Assembly (NCBI GenBank): GCA_963790825.1
Contig: CAWBPM010000004.1
Coordinates: forward strand, 30,987-94,986
Origin: Candidatus Levyibacteriota bacterium
GTDB taxonomy: Bacteria; Patescibacteriota; Microgenomatia; Levybacterales; UBA12049
Length of the DNA stretch: 64,000 nt
Direction: 5' to 3'
The position numbers and the translations under genes are program-made. Under the pieces are notes generated by a model that was not told where the DNA came from, did not search any database, and saw only the letters and a list, made by a program, of their open reading frames with translations. Of the stretch, positions 20,839 to 31,367 are shown piece by piece; the stretch's first letter is position 1, and every line of letters starts with the position of its first letter.

Positions 20839-21963
20839 TTAGATCAATTTTCTTTCTCCATTCAATTCTATCATATCCATTTTCTTTAAATCTTTACTTA
20901 TGAATTCTTTGTGTGTGGTTGTAATAATTGTTTGCTGCTTACCGATTATCTCCAAAATTAAATTAATGTGGTCTGCGTCAAGCTCTGAAAAGATATCATC
21001 GAGAAGTAAGACCGGCCTTTGGGGTAAAACTTGCTCCATATAAGACATTTGCAGGAGTTTTAGTTGTAATATTGCCAGGCGTTGCTGTCCTCGGGAGCCA
21101 AACTGTTTTATGTTGCGTTCTTTCTTGTCACCTAGCATAAATACCAAGAAATCGTCCCTGTGCGGACCAACTAAAGTAACTCCCGATGCTACCTCGGCTT
21201 CTCGGTACTGAAAAAGCCGTTCTTCCGAGATAATGCTGTGATCATAGACTACCTTGCACTCCATAATATTTTTCGACTGTTCATTCATGTAGTTAATAAA
21301 CATCTCCCGCTTTTTCGTAATTAACGTTCCATTTTCAATTAAAAGCTGATTCCAATACGTAAACTGTCTCTCAGGTCGTACTCCGGTTTCCCGAGCAGTT
21401 TCCAAGAGTGCATTCCGCTGCCTGATTGCTTTTGCATAAATGCTTCGGCTGCGGCGGTAATCACTGTGCGTCTGCTCCAAAACGCTGTCTAAAAACTCTC
21501 GCCGAAGAGATGGTCCGGCAATAATAATCTCAAGGTCCTGTGGCGAAAAAAGCAAAGCGTGCAGATGCGAGGCAAAATCAATTCTGCGCCTAGGAATGCC
21601 GTTTACCAAATATTTTTTGCGCATTGATATTTGCGCTTCGTTGGGTACCGTCTGGTACCTGGCCTCATTTGCTAGAGATTCAGGGGTAACTGTTCTTGTC
21701 AATACTACCTCAAGTACAGTTTCCCCTACTTCGGCATCGATTGTTATGCCTTTTGCGCGAGTCAGATTTTTGCCAAATTGCATCATTTGCATATCCTGAT
21801 CGGAGCGAAAACTTTTCCCGCTCGAGAGCAGAAAAATTGCCTCAATAAGATTTGATTTTCCGGCTGTATTCGGCCCCACAATTAAGGTCGTATCTTTTTG
21901 AAACGTAAAATTTGTCTTCGTGTAGCTTCTGAAGTTTTGTAAAAAAAGCTGTATTAAAGCCAT
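20839..21963 (-). CDS. recF: DNA replication and repair protein RecF
   Basis: 374 aa; N-terminal Walker A GPNTAGKSNLIEAI and RecF/SMC-like signature LLLDDIFSELD. Confidence 0.85.
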   Translation of the reverse strand: MALIQLFLQNFRSYTKTNFTFQKDTTLIVGPNTAGKSNLIEAIFLLSSGKSFRSDQDMQMMQFGKNLTRAKGITIDAEVGETVLEVVLTRTVTPESLANEARYQTVPNEAQISMRKKYLVNGIPRRRIDFASHLHALLFSPQDLEIIIAGPSLRREFLDSVLEQTHSDYRRSRSIYAKAIRQRNALLETARETGVRPERQFTYWNQLLIENGTLITKKREMFINYMNEQSKNIMECKVVYDHSIISEERLFQYREAEVASGVTLVGPHRDDFLVFMLGDKKERNIKQFGSRGQQRLAILQLKLLQMSYMEQVLPQRPVLLLDDIFSELDADHINLILEIIGKQQTIITTTHKEFISKDLKKMDMIELNGERKLI

Positions 21964-22006
21964 AAATTTGTTCTTTGCTTAAAATAATATTGCGGAATCA
22001 ATTGTA

Positions 22007-22711
22007 TTATTCTATCTTGGTACCCACAAACTGTTCGCCTTTGAAGTAATTTTCTAAGTTTATAAAGTCTGACCCTACAACAACGACTTTTACTCCTAAG
22101 TCCTGTGCCCGCTGAGCGGCAATCGGATCAAACGGCGCATTCATGCCGGGAAACCATTTGTCTCCTACCAATTTCCGGTACTCTATCCAGGAAATAGTAT
22201 CTATTGGTTGGGCATCGGGATTAGTTTTAGGATCTTTGTCATAAACCTTACTGATATTACTCATATTAATAATCGTCTGGACATGGTAATCTTCAGATAG
22301 TAACACCGCGCAGTAATCAGTCGACCATCCGGGCTTCCAGCCTGCTGCTACGACTACCGGCTCAGAAACTTTTCTGATAATTTCATAATGCTTAAGAAGA
22401 TACGGATGACAAATATCCTGAAAAATCGTCCTGACGAGCTGGGCGTTAAGTCTGGTTGAGTGAATACCGATCCAGTCCAAGTCATCATTTGTTAATTCAT
22501 GTCCAATGACTTGCTGGGCGGCTTTTTGATAATGACGCGTAGTCGTTCCTCCTCCCACAACTAAAAAAAATTGGCGGTTCGGGTGAGCAGTTAATTGTCT
22601 TCTGATGAAATTATTTAAATTAACCAGAAACTCTGTATCGATACCTGGATGCGGAACAACAAGAGATCCTCCAACTGAGATAATCACCCGATCTGTATAC
22701 TGACTCGCCAT
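22007..22711 (-). CDS. pyrH: UMP kinase, archaeal-type (amino acid kinase family)
   Basis: 234 aa; VIISVGGSLV, LVVGGG, GIHSTRLNA, GWKPGWSTDYCAVLLSE, DKDPKTNPDA pattern parallels archaeal PyrH. Confidence 0.65.
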   Translation of the reverse strand: MASQYTDRVIISVGGSLVVPHPGIDTEFLVNLNNFIRRQLTAHPNRQFFLVVGGGTTTRHYQKAAQQVIGHELTNDDLDWIGIHSTRLNAQLVRTIFQDICHPYLLKHYEIIRKVSEPVVVAAGWKPGWSTDYCAVLLSEDYHVQTIINMSNISKVYDKDPKTNPDAQPIDTISWIEYRKLVGDKWFPGMNAPFDPIAAQRAQDLGVKVVVVGSDFINLENYFKGEQFVGTKIE

Positions 22712-22764
22712 AATTCACCAATGATAGTAACATAGACTCAAAAGAAAAACAAAGAAGGAGAGAG

Positions 22765-23316
22765 TTAGTATCTTATCGGCGGCTCAGGAAAGTAGAGACT
22801 ATCAGAAGTAATCTCTCGATGATTTCCTTGCCATCTTGTATGCCGCTGACCACCCTCAGCGACTAAATTATGTTCTTCAACAATTGGAATATGAATAGTT
22901 ACAGGTTTTTCTGTTTGTTTCTCAGCTTTGTTTGCTTCTGCTAATGAGGAGAATCCGCCTTCCAAAACATGCACTATTTTTCTAAGAGTATTGTCTACTA
23001 TCCTTGATGCATGACCCGGATTAATTCCCGCAGCGCGCAGATCTACTTGGAGTTGAGGAATAGGCCCTATTTTGTTTATTTTATTGTTATAGGAATAAAG
23101 TTTTGCAACTTCTCCCCAATATATCTCATCCCATTCTTCTCCCCATACGCCAGGATGACTGCTCGCTATTGGTCCTAATATTTCTCCCATCCGTTTTTGA
23201 ACCAATGTTTTTAAGTCTGCTGACATTTTATATCCGGCAATAGTTTCTCCGACAATCCCTTGCACTTTACCAATTGCCGCTTGTTCCTCTGGGCTTCTTC
23301 TTTCAATTTCTGTCAT
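22765..23316 (-). CDS. hypothetical protein (183 aa)
   Basis: ORF only. Confidence 0.4.
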   Translation of the reverse strand: MTEIERRSPEEQAAIGKVQGIVGETIAGYKMSADLKTLVQKRMGEILGPIASSHPGVWGEEWDEIYWGEVAKLYSYNNKINKIGPIPQLQVDLRAAGINPGHASRIVDNTLRKIVHVLEGGFSSLAEANKAEKQTEKPVTIHIPIVEEHNLVAEGGQRHTRWQGNHREITSDSLYFPEPPIRY

Positions 23317-23339
23317 TTTTTTATATTATACAATATTTT

Positions 23340-24185
23340 TTATTTTTGACAATTTGGACAATAAAATGTCCCTCGTCCACCGAGAGTTATCTTCTCAATT
23401 ATAGCTCCGCACCGTTTGCATGGCATCCCTTTCTGTCCGTATACCAGAAAATGATGCTGATATCCGCCTTCTTCTCCTAGTGCATTTACGAAATTTACTT
23501 CGCTTGCGCCGCCTAAAGATAAACTTTTCTTAAGTACGAATTCTATTGCTGCAAACAGCTTCTTTGTCTCCTCGTCTGATAAGGAATCTGCTTTCCGCCC
23601 GGGATCAATTTTTGCTTCCCAAAGCGCATCATTGGCATAAATATTGCCGATGCCACCGATTTTCTTCTGATCCATAAGCAAAGGCTTAATCGGTCCTTTT
23701 GCCGCTTGAACAATTGCCGTAAATTTCCCAAGGGTTAAATCTTTCAAGGGTTCAGGACCCAGCTCTTTGAAAAATGGTAGCTCCTTGCTTTCCTCTAATT
23801 TTACTATCTTTATCCAGCCAAATTGCCGGATATCGTTATAGTATAAGTGGGCTTGTTTATCGAGTGTAAATATAACATGCGTCCAGTTATTTGGAACCTG
23901 TCCGCCTAGTTTTAGCGAAGGATGAAAATTTTTTGTAATATCGTTACCCCGGTAAATCAGTTGCCCAGTCATTTTAATATGGATTGCAATAACGTAGCCA
24001 TTACTTAGCTCAATCACAAGTCCCTTGCCGAAGCGCTTGATGTCAGTAATCCGAGCACCAATTATTTTTTGCGGATCTCCTTGGACTATTTTTCTGAGCC
24101 GCACCTCAACCTTCTCAATCGTATGACCGACAAGGTATTTCTGTAAACCAAGTTTTATTGTCTCCACCTCAGGTAATTCAGGCAT
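23340..24185 (-). CDS. mutM: formamidopyrimidine-DNA glycosylase (Fpg/Nei family)
   Basis: MPELPEVE N-terminus with catalytic Pro2/Glu3, C-terminal CxxC...CxxC zinc finger; 281 aa. Confidence 0.85.
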   Translation of the reverse strand: MPELPEVETIKLGLQKYLVGHTIEKVEVRLRKIVQGDPQKIIGARITDIKRFGKGLVIELSNGYVIAIHIKMTGQLIYRGNDITKNFHPSLKLGGQVPNNWTHVIFTLDKQAHLYYNDIRQFGWIKIVKLEESKELPFFKELGPEPLKDLTLGKFTAIVQAAKGPIKPLLMDQKKIGGIGNIYANDALWEAKIDPGRKADSLSDEETKKLFAAIEFVLKKSLSLGGASEVNFVNALGEEGGYQHHFLVYGQKGMPCKRCGAIIEKITLGGRGTFYCPNCQK

Positions 24186-24194
24186 ATGCTATTA

Positions 24195-25169
24195 CTATTT
24201 TCCAGCTAATTTTGCCAATTCTTGTAAACTACCGGCAAAATTCCGATCCATTTTTATTGTATCTATTGGCAGTTTTGCTCTTTCAACATCTTTACTCGTT
24301 GCTTCACCTGGACCGATATCGATCAAATGTTTTCCTCCGGCAGTCATAAAAAGCTGTATTATTTTGTCGATTTCTACCGGTGTAGTTAAAGCCTTAGCCA
24401 AATTATACTGCACTCTTCTACCCTTTTTCACTACGCTGTTAACTGCATCCATAATAAGATTTATTTGAGGATTTTCAAAAGAATATCCTTGCAGCAGCTT
24501 CTCGTATTCTCTTGCACCTATTCTCATCAAGGGTGAATGCGAAGCATTTTGAATGCTTAACTTTCTGAAAAGCTTTGCGCCTGCTTCTCTGGCATCAATA
24601 ATTGCAGCTTCGATACCACTAATTCGCCCGCTAATTGTCGCCTTATTTTCTACTATATAAGTATTGGAGACAACTACTTCTCGAGCTTTAGCTATACCAT
24701 CAATAGCCTGCCTAGACAAACCCACAATTACCGCCATTGCACCAGGGTTCTTTCTGGCTTGCACATTCATAACATGCTCCCTATCTATAGTCATATTGAT
24801 CGCTTCAGGCGTACTAATAACTCCTGCTATTCTTGCAGCGACATTTTCTCCCAGACTATTTGCTCCTGTCCATTCGGGTAACACTTGCGGGCCTAATTGT
24901 TCATTTATAGCAGCTACTGTTGCTAAACCAGCAGTAACAATAAGAACTTGCGCATGTCGCTTTTGTTCCTCAGAGGTTCCTTCTGCGGAAAGTCTACTTA
25001 CGAAATTCCTCTTTCCTGTCCGCCGGGCAACTATAGTATCTGCGAGGTTATAAACTGACCTTGCTGCCCGTGATAATTTTTTTTGAGCATCACCCATTCC
25101 GGGATATTGACTATCCTGGCCTGGCGCAAAAAACATTGTTTGCGGTATAACTTCAATCCTTCTAGTCAT
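24195..25169 (-). CDS. fabD: malonyl-CoA:ACP transacylase-like acyltransferase (FabD family)
   Basis: FFAPGQDSQYPGMG (cf. FPGQGSQ), ANSLGE (cf. GHSLGE, Ser retained), ASHSPLM; 324 aa. Confidence 0.6.
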   Translation of the reverse strand: MTRRIEVIPQTMFFAPGQDSQYPGMGDAQKKLSRAARSVYNLADTIVARRTGKRNFVSRLSAEGTSEEQKRHAQVLIVTAGLATVAAINEQLGPQVLPEWTGANSLGENVAARIAGVISTPEAINMTIDREHVMNVQARKNPGAMAVIVGLSRQAIDGIAKAREVVVSNTYIVENKATISGRISGIEAAIIDAREAGAKLFRKLSIQNASHSPLMRIGAREYEKLLQGYSFENPQINLIMDAVNSVVKKGRRVQYNLAKALTTPVEIDKIIQLFMTAGGKHLIDIGPGEATSKDVERAKLPIDTIKMDRNFAGSLQELAKLAGK

Positions 25170-26253
25170 ATTTCTCTACTACTTCCTTTATCCCTTCCAT
25201 AAAACGCTCTTTGCTGAATTTTTCTGCCTGGTTCTGACAATCTTTAGCGCTGAATTTCATTTTCTCAAACCGTTTAATTGCCTTTTTCAGACTCTCGACG
25301 GTAAGTTCATTATAAAATAATCCTGTTTTATTTTCTAGAATTGTTTCCTTAACTCCACCTGAACGATAGGCAATCACTGGCGTTCCAACGCTCATACTCT
25401 CAACCGGTATGATACCGAAATCTTCATCTTCCGAAGCAAACAATAATGCTTTTGCCCCTCTATATAAATCCAATTTTTCTTCATCTGTCACTTCGCCAAG
25501 AAATTTAACCTTAGAACCTGCCATTTTTTGCAATTCTTTTCCATGTCCTGCAAATGATTTACCGAATATCTTAAGAGGCACTCCCAGCTCACTACATGCC
25601 GTTACAATCACATCAATATGCTTTGCCCGCGCCAATCTCCCCCCAGCCAAATAATAATTCTTTTTCTTTTTTAATTCTGAATTGATATCTACCGGCGGGT
25701 AAACTACAATTGCGTCTTTGCGATAGAATTTCCAAATTCGTCTTCTTACCTCTTCAGAATTTGCGATATACTGATCAACATTTTTTGAAGCATTAAAATC
25801 TTCTATTCTTAAAAAGTGATTTGCGATTTGTGCCAATCCATTAATAACGATGTTTTTCTTCCACTCCCTCGCTGTTGCATAACCGTATAGATAGCGCGGC
25901 GGCGTATGACAATAGCACAGGAGTTTTGCGGATTTTTTATCAAGTTCGTTTGGGATATATGCACCTGTGGCAGATGAGATTATCACGTCAAACTCAGAAA
26001 AATCAAAACTTCTGAACACTTTTTTTGAAAGTAATCGAAAGGGACTTATTAACTTAGCTTTTAAAGGTAATCTTTGTAAAAATGAGGTTCTGATATCCCA
26101 CTCTGCAAAGCGTTCCTTGTGGGGTCCTAAAAACTGCGGTAAGTAGACCGCAGTAAATATCGGCGCATCAGGATACAACTCGTGCAAAACTTCTAGTACT
26201 CTCTCAGCCCCACCATATTCCTTAATATAATCATGAACTAAAGCAACCTTCAT
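25162..26253 (-). CDS. glycosyltransferase family 4 (GT1-type fold)
   Basis: 363 aa; MKVALVHDYI...GGAERV N-terminus and C-terminal E-x7-E-like region typical of GT4. Confidence 0.75.
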   Translation of the reverse strand: MKVALVHDYIKEYGGAERVLEVLHELYPDAPIFTAVYLPQFLGPHKERFAEWDIRTSFLQRLPLKAKLISPFRLLSKKVFRSFDFSEFDVIISSATGAYIPNELDKKSAKLLCYCHTPPRYLYGYATAREWKKNIVINGLAQIANHFLRIEDFNASKNVDQYIANSEEVRRRIWKFYRKDAIVVYPPVDINSELKKKKNYYLAGGRLARAKHIDVIVTACSELGVPLKIFGKSFAGHGKELQKMAGSKVKFLGEVTDEEKLDLYRGAKALLFASEDEDFGIIPVESMSVGTPVIAYRSGGVKETILENKTGLFYNELTVESLKKAIKRFEKMKFSAKDCQNQAEKFSKERFMEGIKEVVEKYD

Positions 26254-26307
26254 TAAACTGTATTATACACCAGAACAATCTTCAATTCTTTACTACAGAT
26301 AGATTTA

Positions 26308-26664
26308 TTGATAATATTAGATTGCAAGATGAAAAAAACTAGTTTTATCAATGTTTTTCGGCTTCTTTCGATAGCAATAATAATTTTTTATCTTATTATT
26401 TTGGGGTTAGAAATTGTAAATCCAACTGATGTCTGTAATTTTTTGGGAAGCCAAGTTTCCTTCTGGGGACAGATAAAACTAGAGTTATCAAGAGTCACTG
26501 GAGTATTTGCTGATTGTGCAATAGTAGGATTAATTTATCTCGGTATTTCGAATAGGAGGAAAATAAATTCCTTACAGATAGTTATTGGAATTATTCTTGT
26601 CCTTGCAATCTTATATGGTTTTCTTATAGACATCTTTCTTCCTAGTTCAGGCTGTGGATGGTAA
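26308..26664 (+). CDS. small membrane protein (118 aa)
   Basis: Hydrophobic ORF. Confidence 0.4.
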   Translation: MIILDCKMKKTSFINVFRLLSIAIIIFYLIILGLEIVNPTDVCNFLGSQVSFWGQIKLELSRVTGVFADCAIVGLIYLGISNRRKINSLQIVIGIILVLAILYGFLIDIFLPSSGCGW

Positions 26665-26684
26665 AGTATTACAATTCAATAAGC

Positions 26685-27665
26685 TTACAGCAGGCTCATT
26701 TGGTCTTTAGAAACTTTTTCTTTTTTCTCCTGCCCCGCAGAGTTCCGCCTTGCGGAACGGCGTAGTGTCTCCTTTCGTTCTGCTAAATCGGGAAAAACTG
26801 TGATCAAGCGCTTTATCAAACTTTTAAAACCCAACTCTGCAAAAGCTTTTTCCAATCCCTCCAGGTCAAACTCCGTTGCTGCACATTTTTTAATATCAAA
26901 TTGCAATGGTACATCGCGAACAATTGTCGCCAGTTTTTTAGCAAGAGCTGCCTGCTCGGCATCCGTTGCCAATTGTAATCCTTGCTTTTCCGGCAGATCA
27001 CTTAGGTGATGATACAGATTTTCAAACGTTTGGAATTTTTGCAGTAGGTTTGTTGCGGTTTTCGGCCCAATTCCCGAAACTCCCGGGTAACCGTCCGACG
27101 GATCGCCGATGAGCGCCTTGTAATCAATAAACTGCGTCGGTGTTACGCCGTATTTTTCCTTCACTGCCTTTGCGTCGTACAGAACGGTTTTACTAATACC
27201 GGTTACAAGCATTAGGACTTTTGTATGTTCATCTACCAATTGCAGTAAATCCCTATCTCCCGTCACTACAATCGTTTCCAAATTCTTAATTCTTAATTCT
27301 GAACTCTGAACTCTCTTAGCTATCGTCCCAATAACATCATCCGCTTCATAACCGTCAACAAAAAGCGGCTGCATACTGGTTTTTTCGAGTACTTCATCTA
27401 CTCTCTTAATCTGCATTGTAAAATCATCGGGAAGTTGTGGACGGTTGGCATGGTAGCCGGCGTACATACTCTGCCTGATTGTCGGTTTTGAACGGTCAAA
27501 GCAAACCAGCAAATAATCCGGCTTTTGCTCCGTTAAAAGACTCAGGATCATAGAGAAAAATCCGTAAACTGCATTCACTACTTCTCCTTTCGGATCAGTC
27601 AAAGGCGGTAAAGCATGATATGCCCGATGTAAAATCGCATTTCCATCAATAATTACCAGTTTCAT
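26685..27665 (-). CDS. 5'-3' exonuclease / FEN-like (Pol I N-terminal domain homolog) with in-frame repeat insertion
   Basis: MKLVIIDGNAILHRAYHALPPLT, VTGDRDLLQLV, H3TH region; insertion peptide SSELRIKNLE encoded by heptamer array at 27281-27316. Confidence 0.85.
   Translation of the reverse strand: MKLVIIDGNAILHRAYHALPPLTDPKGEVVNAVYGFFSMILSLLTEQKPDYLLVCFDRSKPTIRQSMYAGYHANRPQLPDDFTMQIKRVDEVLEKTSMQPLFVDGYEADDVIGTIAKRVQSSELRIKNLETIVVTGDRDLLQLVDEHTKVLMLVTGISKTVLYDAKAVKEKYGVTPTQFIDYKALIGDPSDGYPGVSGIGPKTATNLLQKFQTFENLYHHLSDLPEKQGLQLATDAEQAALAKKLATIVRDVPLQFDIKKCAATEFDLEGLEKAFAELGFKSLIKRLITVFPDLAERKETLRRSARRNSAGQEKKEKVSKDQMSLL
27281..27316. repeat. heptamer tandem array AATTCTT AATTCTT AATTCTG AACTCTG AACTCTC inside exonuclease gene
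   Basis: Directly visible. Confidence 0.75.
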
Positions 27666-27716
27666 AAATTTTATTATAGCAAAAGGAAAGAAGGAAGGGG
27701 TCTAGGTTTTCCCCAT

Positions 27717-29609
27717 TCAGGTGGCGGCAAGTGATAGCTTTACTCTTTTGTCATTAACCGGGATTGCTTTTTTAATTCCGACAAGCTTTTCAAAGTCATC
27801 TGCATCCAATGTTTCCTTCTTGAGTAGCTCCTCTGCTAAAATATTTAATTTGTTTCGAAGTCTGGCAATAATCTCACAGGCATTTTTATAACACGAATCG
27901 GTAATGCGTTTTACCTCGGCATCAATCTGAGACGCCATCTTATCTGAGAGCTCGTTCGTCTCATAGAAATTTTTCCGTTCGCTATCAAGGTTGATTGGGC
28001 CAAGTTCGCTCATGCCAAATTTTACCACCATTGCCCGTGCTACTTCGGTGGCTTTTTCAATATCATTACTCGCCCCCGTTGTAATATCATCAAATACAAT
28101 CGCCTCAGCAGCTCTTCCTCCCATCAAAACGGCAATCTGTTCCAGAAGTCGCATCTTAGTTTCATGAACCCTTTCAACCGGTTCTTGCATTGTATGCCCG
28201 AGTGTCATGCCACGGGAAACAATTGAAATTTTAAATACAGGGTCAACATGCGGCATCTCCCAAGCAACTAGCGCATGACCAGCCTCATGATAGGCAGTCA
28301 TCCGTTTATCCTGTTCTGATTGCAAACGTTTCTTCTCAGGACCAAGCTTTACTTTCGTTGCCGCTTCTTCAAGATCCGGCATACTAATTGCTTTCTTCTC
28401 CTGTCTGGCTGCCAGAATTGCAGCTTCATTAAGCATGTTTTCCAGATCTGCCCCCGAAAAACCGACTGTTCTTTTAGCTACTTTTTCCCAATTAACATCT
28501 TTTTCAAACGGTTTCCCTTTTGCATGAATTGCCAAAATCGCTTTTCTTCCCTCCACGTCAGGAAAATCCAGAACTACTTGTCTATCAAACCGTCCGGGAC
28601 GAATTAAGGCCGGATCCAATACATCCGGTCTATTTGTTGCCGCAATTACTACAATCTGTTCATTTTGGGTAAAGCCGTCCATTTCAACCAGAATTTGATT
28701 CAAGGTCTGCTCTCTTTCGTCGTGTCCACCCATAATGCCAACACCCCGCTGTCTCCCAATAGCATCAATTTCATCAATAAAAATAATTGCCGGCTGGGTT
28801 TTTTTCGCGGTATTAAAAAGATCGCGAACCCGACTCGCGCCTACCCCAACCAGCATCTCCATAAATTCAGATCCTGCCATTGAGAAAAATGCCACATTTG
28901 CTTCTCCGGCAGTTGCCCGAGCCAAAAGCGTTTTTCCAGTACCCGCGGGTCCGACCATTAGAACGCCCTTGGGCGTCCTGGCGCCAATTGCCTTATATTT
29001 CCCCGGGTTTTTTAAAAAATCAACGACTTCTGTCAATTCCCGCTTTGCCTCATCCACTCCGGCAACATCTGCAAACGTGGTATGAGGACTATCTTTATTA
29101 AATAACTTTGCGCTCGATTTACCGAAAGAAAAAATATTTTCCTGAGTTCCTCTCGCCTGGCGGAAAATAAAGTAGAAAAATGCAATCATCAGAACAACCG
29201 GCAGTACGGTACCTGCGATATTGAGCCAATTACTGAGACTTGAATCATCCGGGGTACTTACTTTGACCTTATCGGGATTAAGCGGTACACCGGCATTCTT
29301 GAAGAGTGTATATATATCAGTAGTCGACTCTTTTGCAGCCTCAATAACTTTACCGTTTTTCTCTGTCGCAGTTACCTTCTCCCCGTTAACCGTAATAGTA
29401 TTGACGTTTTCGTGCTTCACTGCCGAGATAATTTCCGAAATACTTACCTGTGTTCCCGGTTCACTGGGACTACTGATTGCTGCGAAAACAAACAGCGAGA
29501 AAATAAGCAAAAAAGCGTATAAAAGAAGGTTTTTCCAGGATGTTTTTACTCTGAGTTTAACAATCTTCTTGCGAGGTGACGTAGTAGATTTTCTTCCATT
29601 TCCTGCCAT
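27717..29609 (-). CDS. ftsH: ATP-dependent zinc metalloprotease FtsH
   Basis: 630 aa; N-terminal TM, AAA Walker [18 protein letters not shown] zinc site. Confidence 0.9.
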   Translation of the reverse strand: MAGNGRKSTTSPRKKIVKLRVKTSWKNLLLYAFLLIFSLFVFAAISSPSEPGTQVSISEIISAVKHENVNTITVNGEKVTATEKNGKVIEAAKESTTDIYTLFKNAGVPLNPDKVKVSTPDDSSLSNWLNIAGTVLPVVLMIAFFYFIFRQARGTQENIFSFGKSSAKLFNKDSPHTTFADVAGVDEAKRELTEVVDFLKNPGKYKAIGARTPKGVLMVGPAGTGKTLLARATAGEANVAFFSMAGSEFMEMLVGVGASRVRDLFNTAKKTQPAIIFIDEIDAIGRQRGVGIMGGHDEREQTLNQILVEMDGFTQNEQIVVIAATNRPDVLDPALIRPGRFDRQVVLDFPDVEGRKAILAIHAKGKPFEKDVNWEKVAKRTVGFSGADLENMLNEAAILAARQEKKAISMPDLEEAATKVKLGPEKKRLQSEQDKRMTAYHEAGHALVAWEMPHVDPVFKISIVSRGMTLGHTMQEPVERVHETKMRLLEQIAVLMGGRAAEAIVFDDITTGASNDIEKATEVARAMVVKFGMSELGPINLDSERKNFYETNELSDKMASQIDAEVKRITDSCYKNACEIIARLRNKLNILAEELLKKETLDADDFEKLVGIKKAIPVNDKRVKLSLAAT

Positions 29610-29790
29610 AATTGTGCCTAGTATAACATATCACCCGTGCCTTTACCAGTCCTTTGTCTCGTTTAGTTTAAAGCGTAGGAATATTGCCATGGACGCGAAG
29701 TAACCCGTTCCATATTAGAGGGAGAAGCTTGCATTAAAGAATTAAATCAACGATTCAAAATTATGGATTATAAATTTTGAATTCTAAATT

Positions 29791-30771
29791 CTATGCGAGT
29801 CCCATTTTTTCTCTGACTTCGGTAATTGTTCTACCTGCTATCTGTCGACACCTCTCTGCACCATCTAGTATAATCTCATCGACTAACTTCGGATTTTCTT
29901 CAAATTCTTTTCTTTTCTCCTGCATAGGACGTACCTCCTGATAAATTGCTTCAGACAAGATTTGTTTCATCTCGCTATAACGAATCTTTTTTTCTTTATA
30001 ATCCAAAACGTACTTGTGATGCATATCTTTCCCGCCGAATAGATAGGTTAAAGTAAATAAATTCGCGACACCGCCGGTTTGCGGAATTTGCCCGCCTATT
30101 GTTCCGCTGTCAGTTGGTATTTTTGCCAAGCGTTTCCGAATCGTTTCCAGATCATCATCGAGATTAATATAGCTTCCCTCAACCGTTTTACTCATTTTCC
30201 CCTCCCCGGTTAATGACGGCACATAATCGCCCGCAGTTTTATAACGCTGTGTTTCTGGAAAGGTTTGGCTAAACATACCATTAAACTTCCTGGCAATTTC
30301 ACGGGTAACTTCAATATGCGGCTCCTGGTCTACTCCCGCTGGCACCAATTCTGCTTTGTAAAGCAAAATGTCTGCCGCCATGAGAACCGGATAAAAGAGC
30401 AAGCCCATATTGATATATTTTGGGTACTGTACTTTTTTATCTTTATAAGTCGGTAAGTCTTCCAACCGAGAAACCGGATAAATAGTTGAGAGTAAATAAG
30501 CCAACTCCGTATGCTGAGGAATAGTGGATTGGATCTCCAAGGAACATTTCTTAGGATCCAAACCCGCTGCCAAGTAATCCAATACCACATCCCGCACATT
30601 CTGTTTTAAAGTTTTTGGGTCATATGGTGTAGTTATGGCATGCAGATCAACTACGGAAAAAACACAGTCATATGTGTCCTGCAGTGTCAACATGCCCTTG
30701 ACTGCACCGAAATAATTGCCTAAATGCAGCCTCCCTGTGGCTCTGATCCCCGCATAAACCCGAGTTTTCAT
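29791..30771 (-). CDS. trpS: tryptophan--tRNA ligase
   Basis: 326 aa; HLGNY (HIGH) and KMSKT motifs. Confidence 0.9.
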   Translation of the reverse strand: MKTRVYAGIRATGRLHLGNYFGAVKGMLTLQDTYDCVFSVVDLHAITTPYDPKTLKQNVRDVVLDYLAAGLDPKKCSLEIQSTIPQHTELAYLLSTIYPVSRLEDLPTYKDKKVQYPKYINMGLLFYPVLMAADILLYKAELVPAGVDQEPHIEVTREIARKFNGMFSQTFPETQRYKTAGDYVPSLTGEGKMSKTVEGSYINLDDDLETIRKRLAKIPTDSGTIGGQIPQTGGVANLFTLTYLFGGKDMHHKYVLDYKEKKIRYSEMKQILSEAIYQEVRPMQEKRKEFEENPKLVDEIILDGAERCRQIAGRTITEVREKMGLA

Positions 30772-30779
30772 AAGTTGTA

Positions 30780-31367
30780 TTATATACCAAAATTAAATCC
30801 ATGTCCGAACTGAAATGTCTTTTTAGTCACATCAAAATTTTCTTGAAGAATCGTCGGACGACTAAACAAGTCACTGTGCTGCACATAAACCTGAACCAAT
30901 TTCATAAAAAAACTGTGGGATATAAAAAGGTAGTTACCATCCTTAAGTGAAGTAATGATCTCATAAACTTGTTCTATCCGCTGCTTTAGAGAAGACCGAC
31001 TTTCTCGCAGCTTATCTTTGATAAACGCTTCCACAAATCTTTTTCTTACCAAGTTGCTTCCGAAAGTATTAAACTCGTCACAGGAAAGTAAGTCTCGTAA
31101 GTTAAAGCTAATTTCATCTAATAAATTAGTTTTAGTGATTACGGATTTCGTATCCTTTTGCGAAATTGCACTTGCTGTTTCATAGGCTCTTTGAGCCATA
31201 GAGCAATATATTAGACTAGTAAGAGAGGGTAACTCCAATAAAATACAGGAGCTAATTCCAACCGATGATTGCTGAAGCATAAGCTTGGTATAACCAATAT
31301 AGCGTGAGTATCTGCCGTTTTGAGTTGGATCATAGGGAAACGTTTTTCGAAACTGTATTCTTTTCAT
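30780..31367 (-). CDS. hypothetical protein (195 aa), translationally coupled to upstream ORF
   Basis: ORF; start overlaps stop of 31367-32218. Confidence 0.45.
   Translation of the reverse strand: MKRIQFRKTFPYDPTQNGRYSRYIGYTKLMLQQSSVGISSCILLELPSLTSLIYCSMAQRAYETASAISQKDTKSVITKTNLLDEISFNLRDLLSCDEFNTFGSNLVRKRFVEAFIKDKLRESRSSLKQRIEQVYEIITSLKDGNYLFISHSFFMKLVQVYVQHSDLFSRPTILQENFDVTKKTFQFGHGFNFGI

Noticed and set aside
29221-29703. 160-aa plus-strand ORF
   Set aside because: Antisense to the strongly supported ftsH gene; low-complexity translation.
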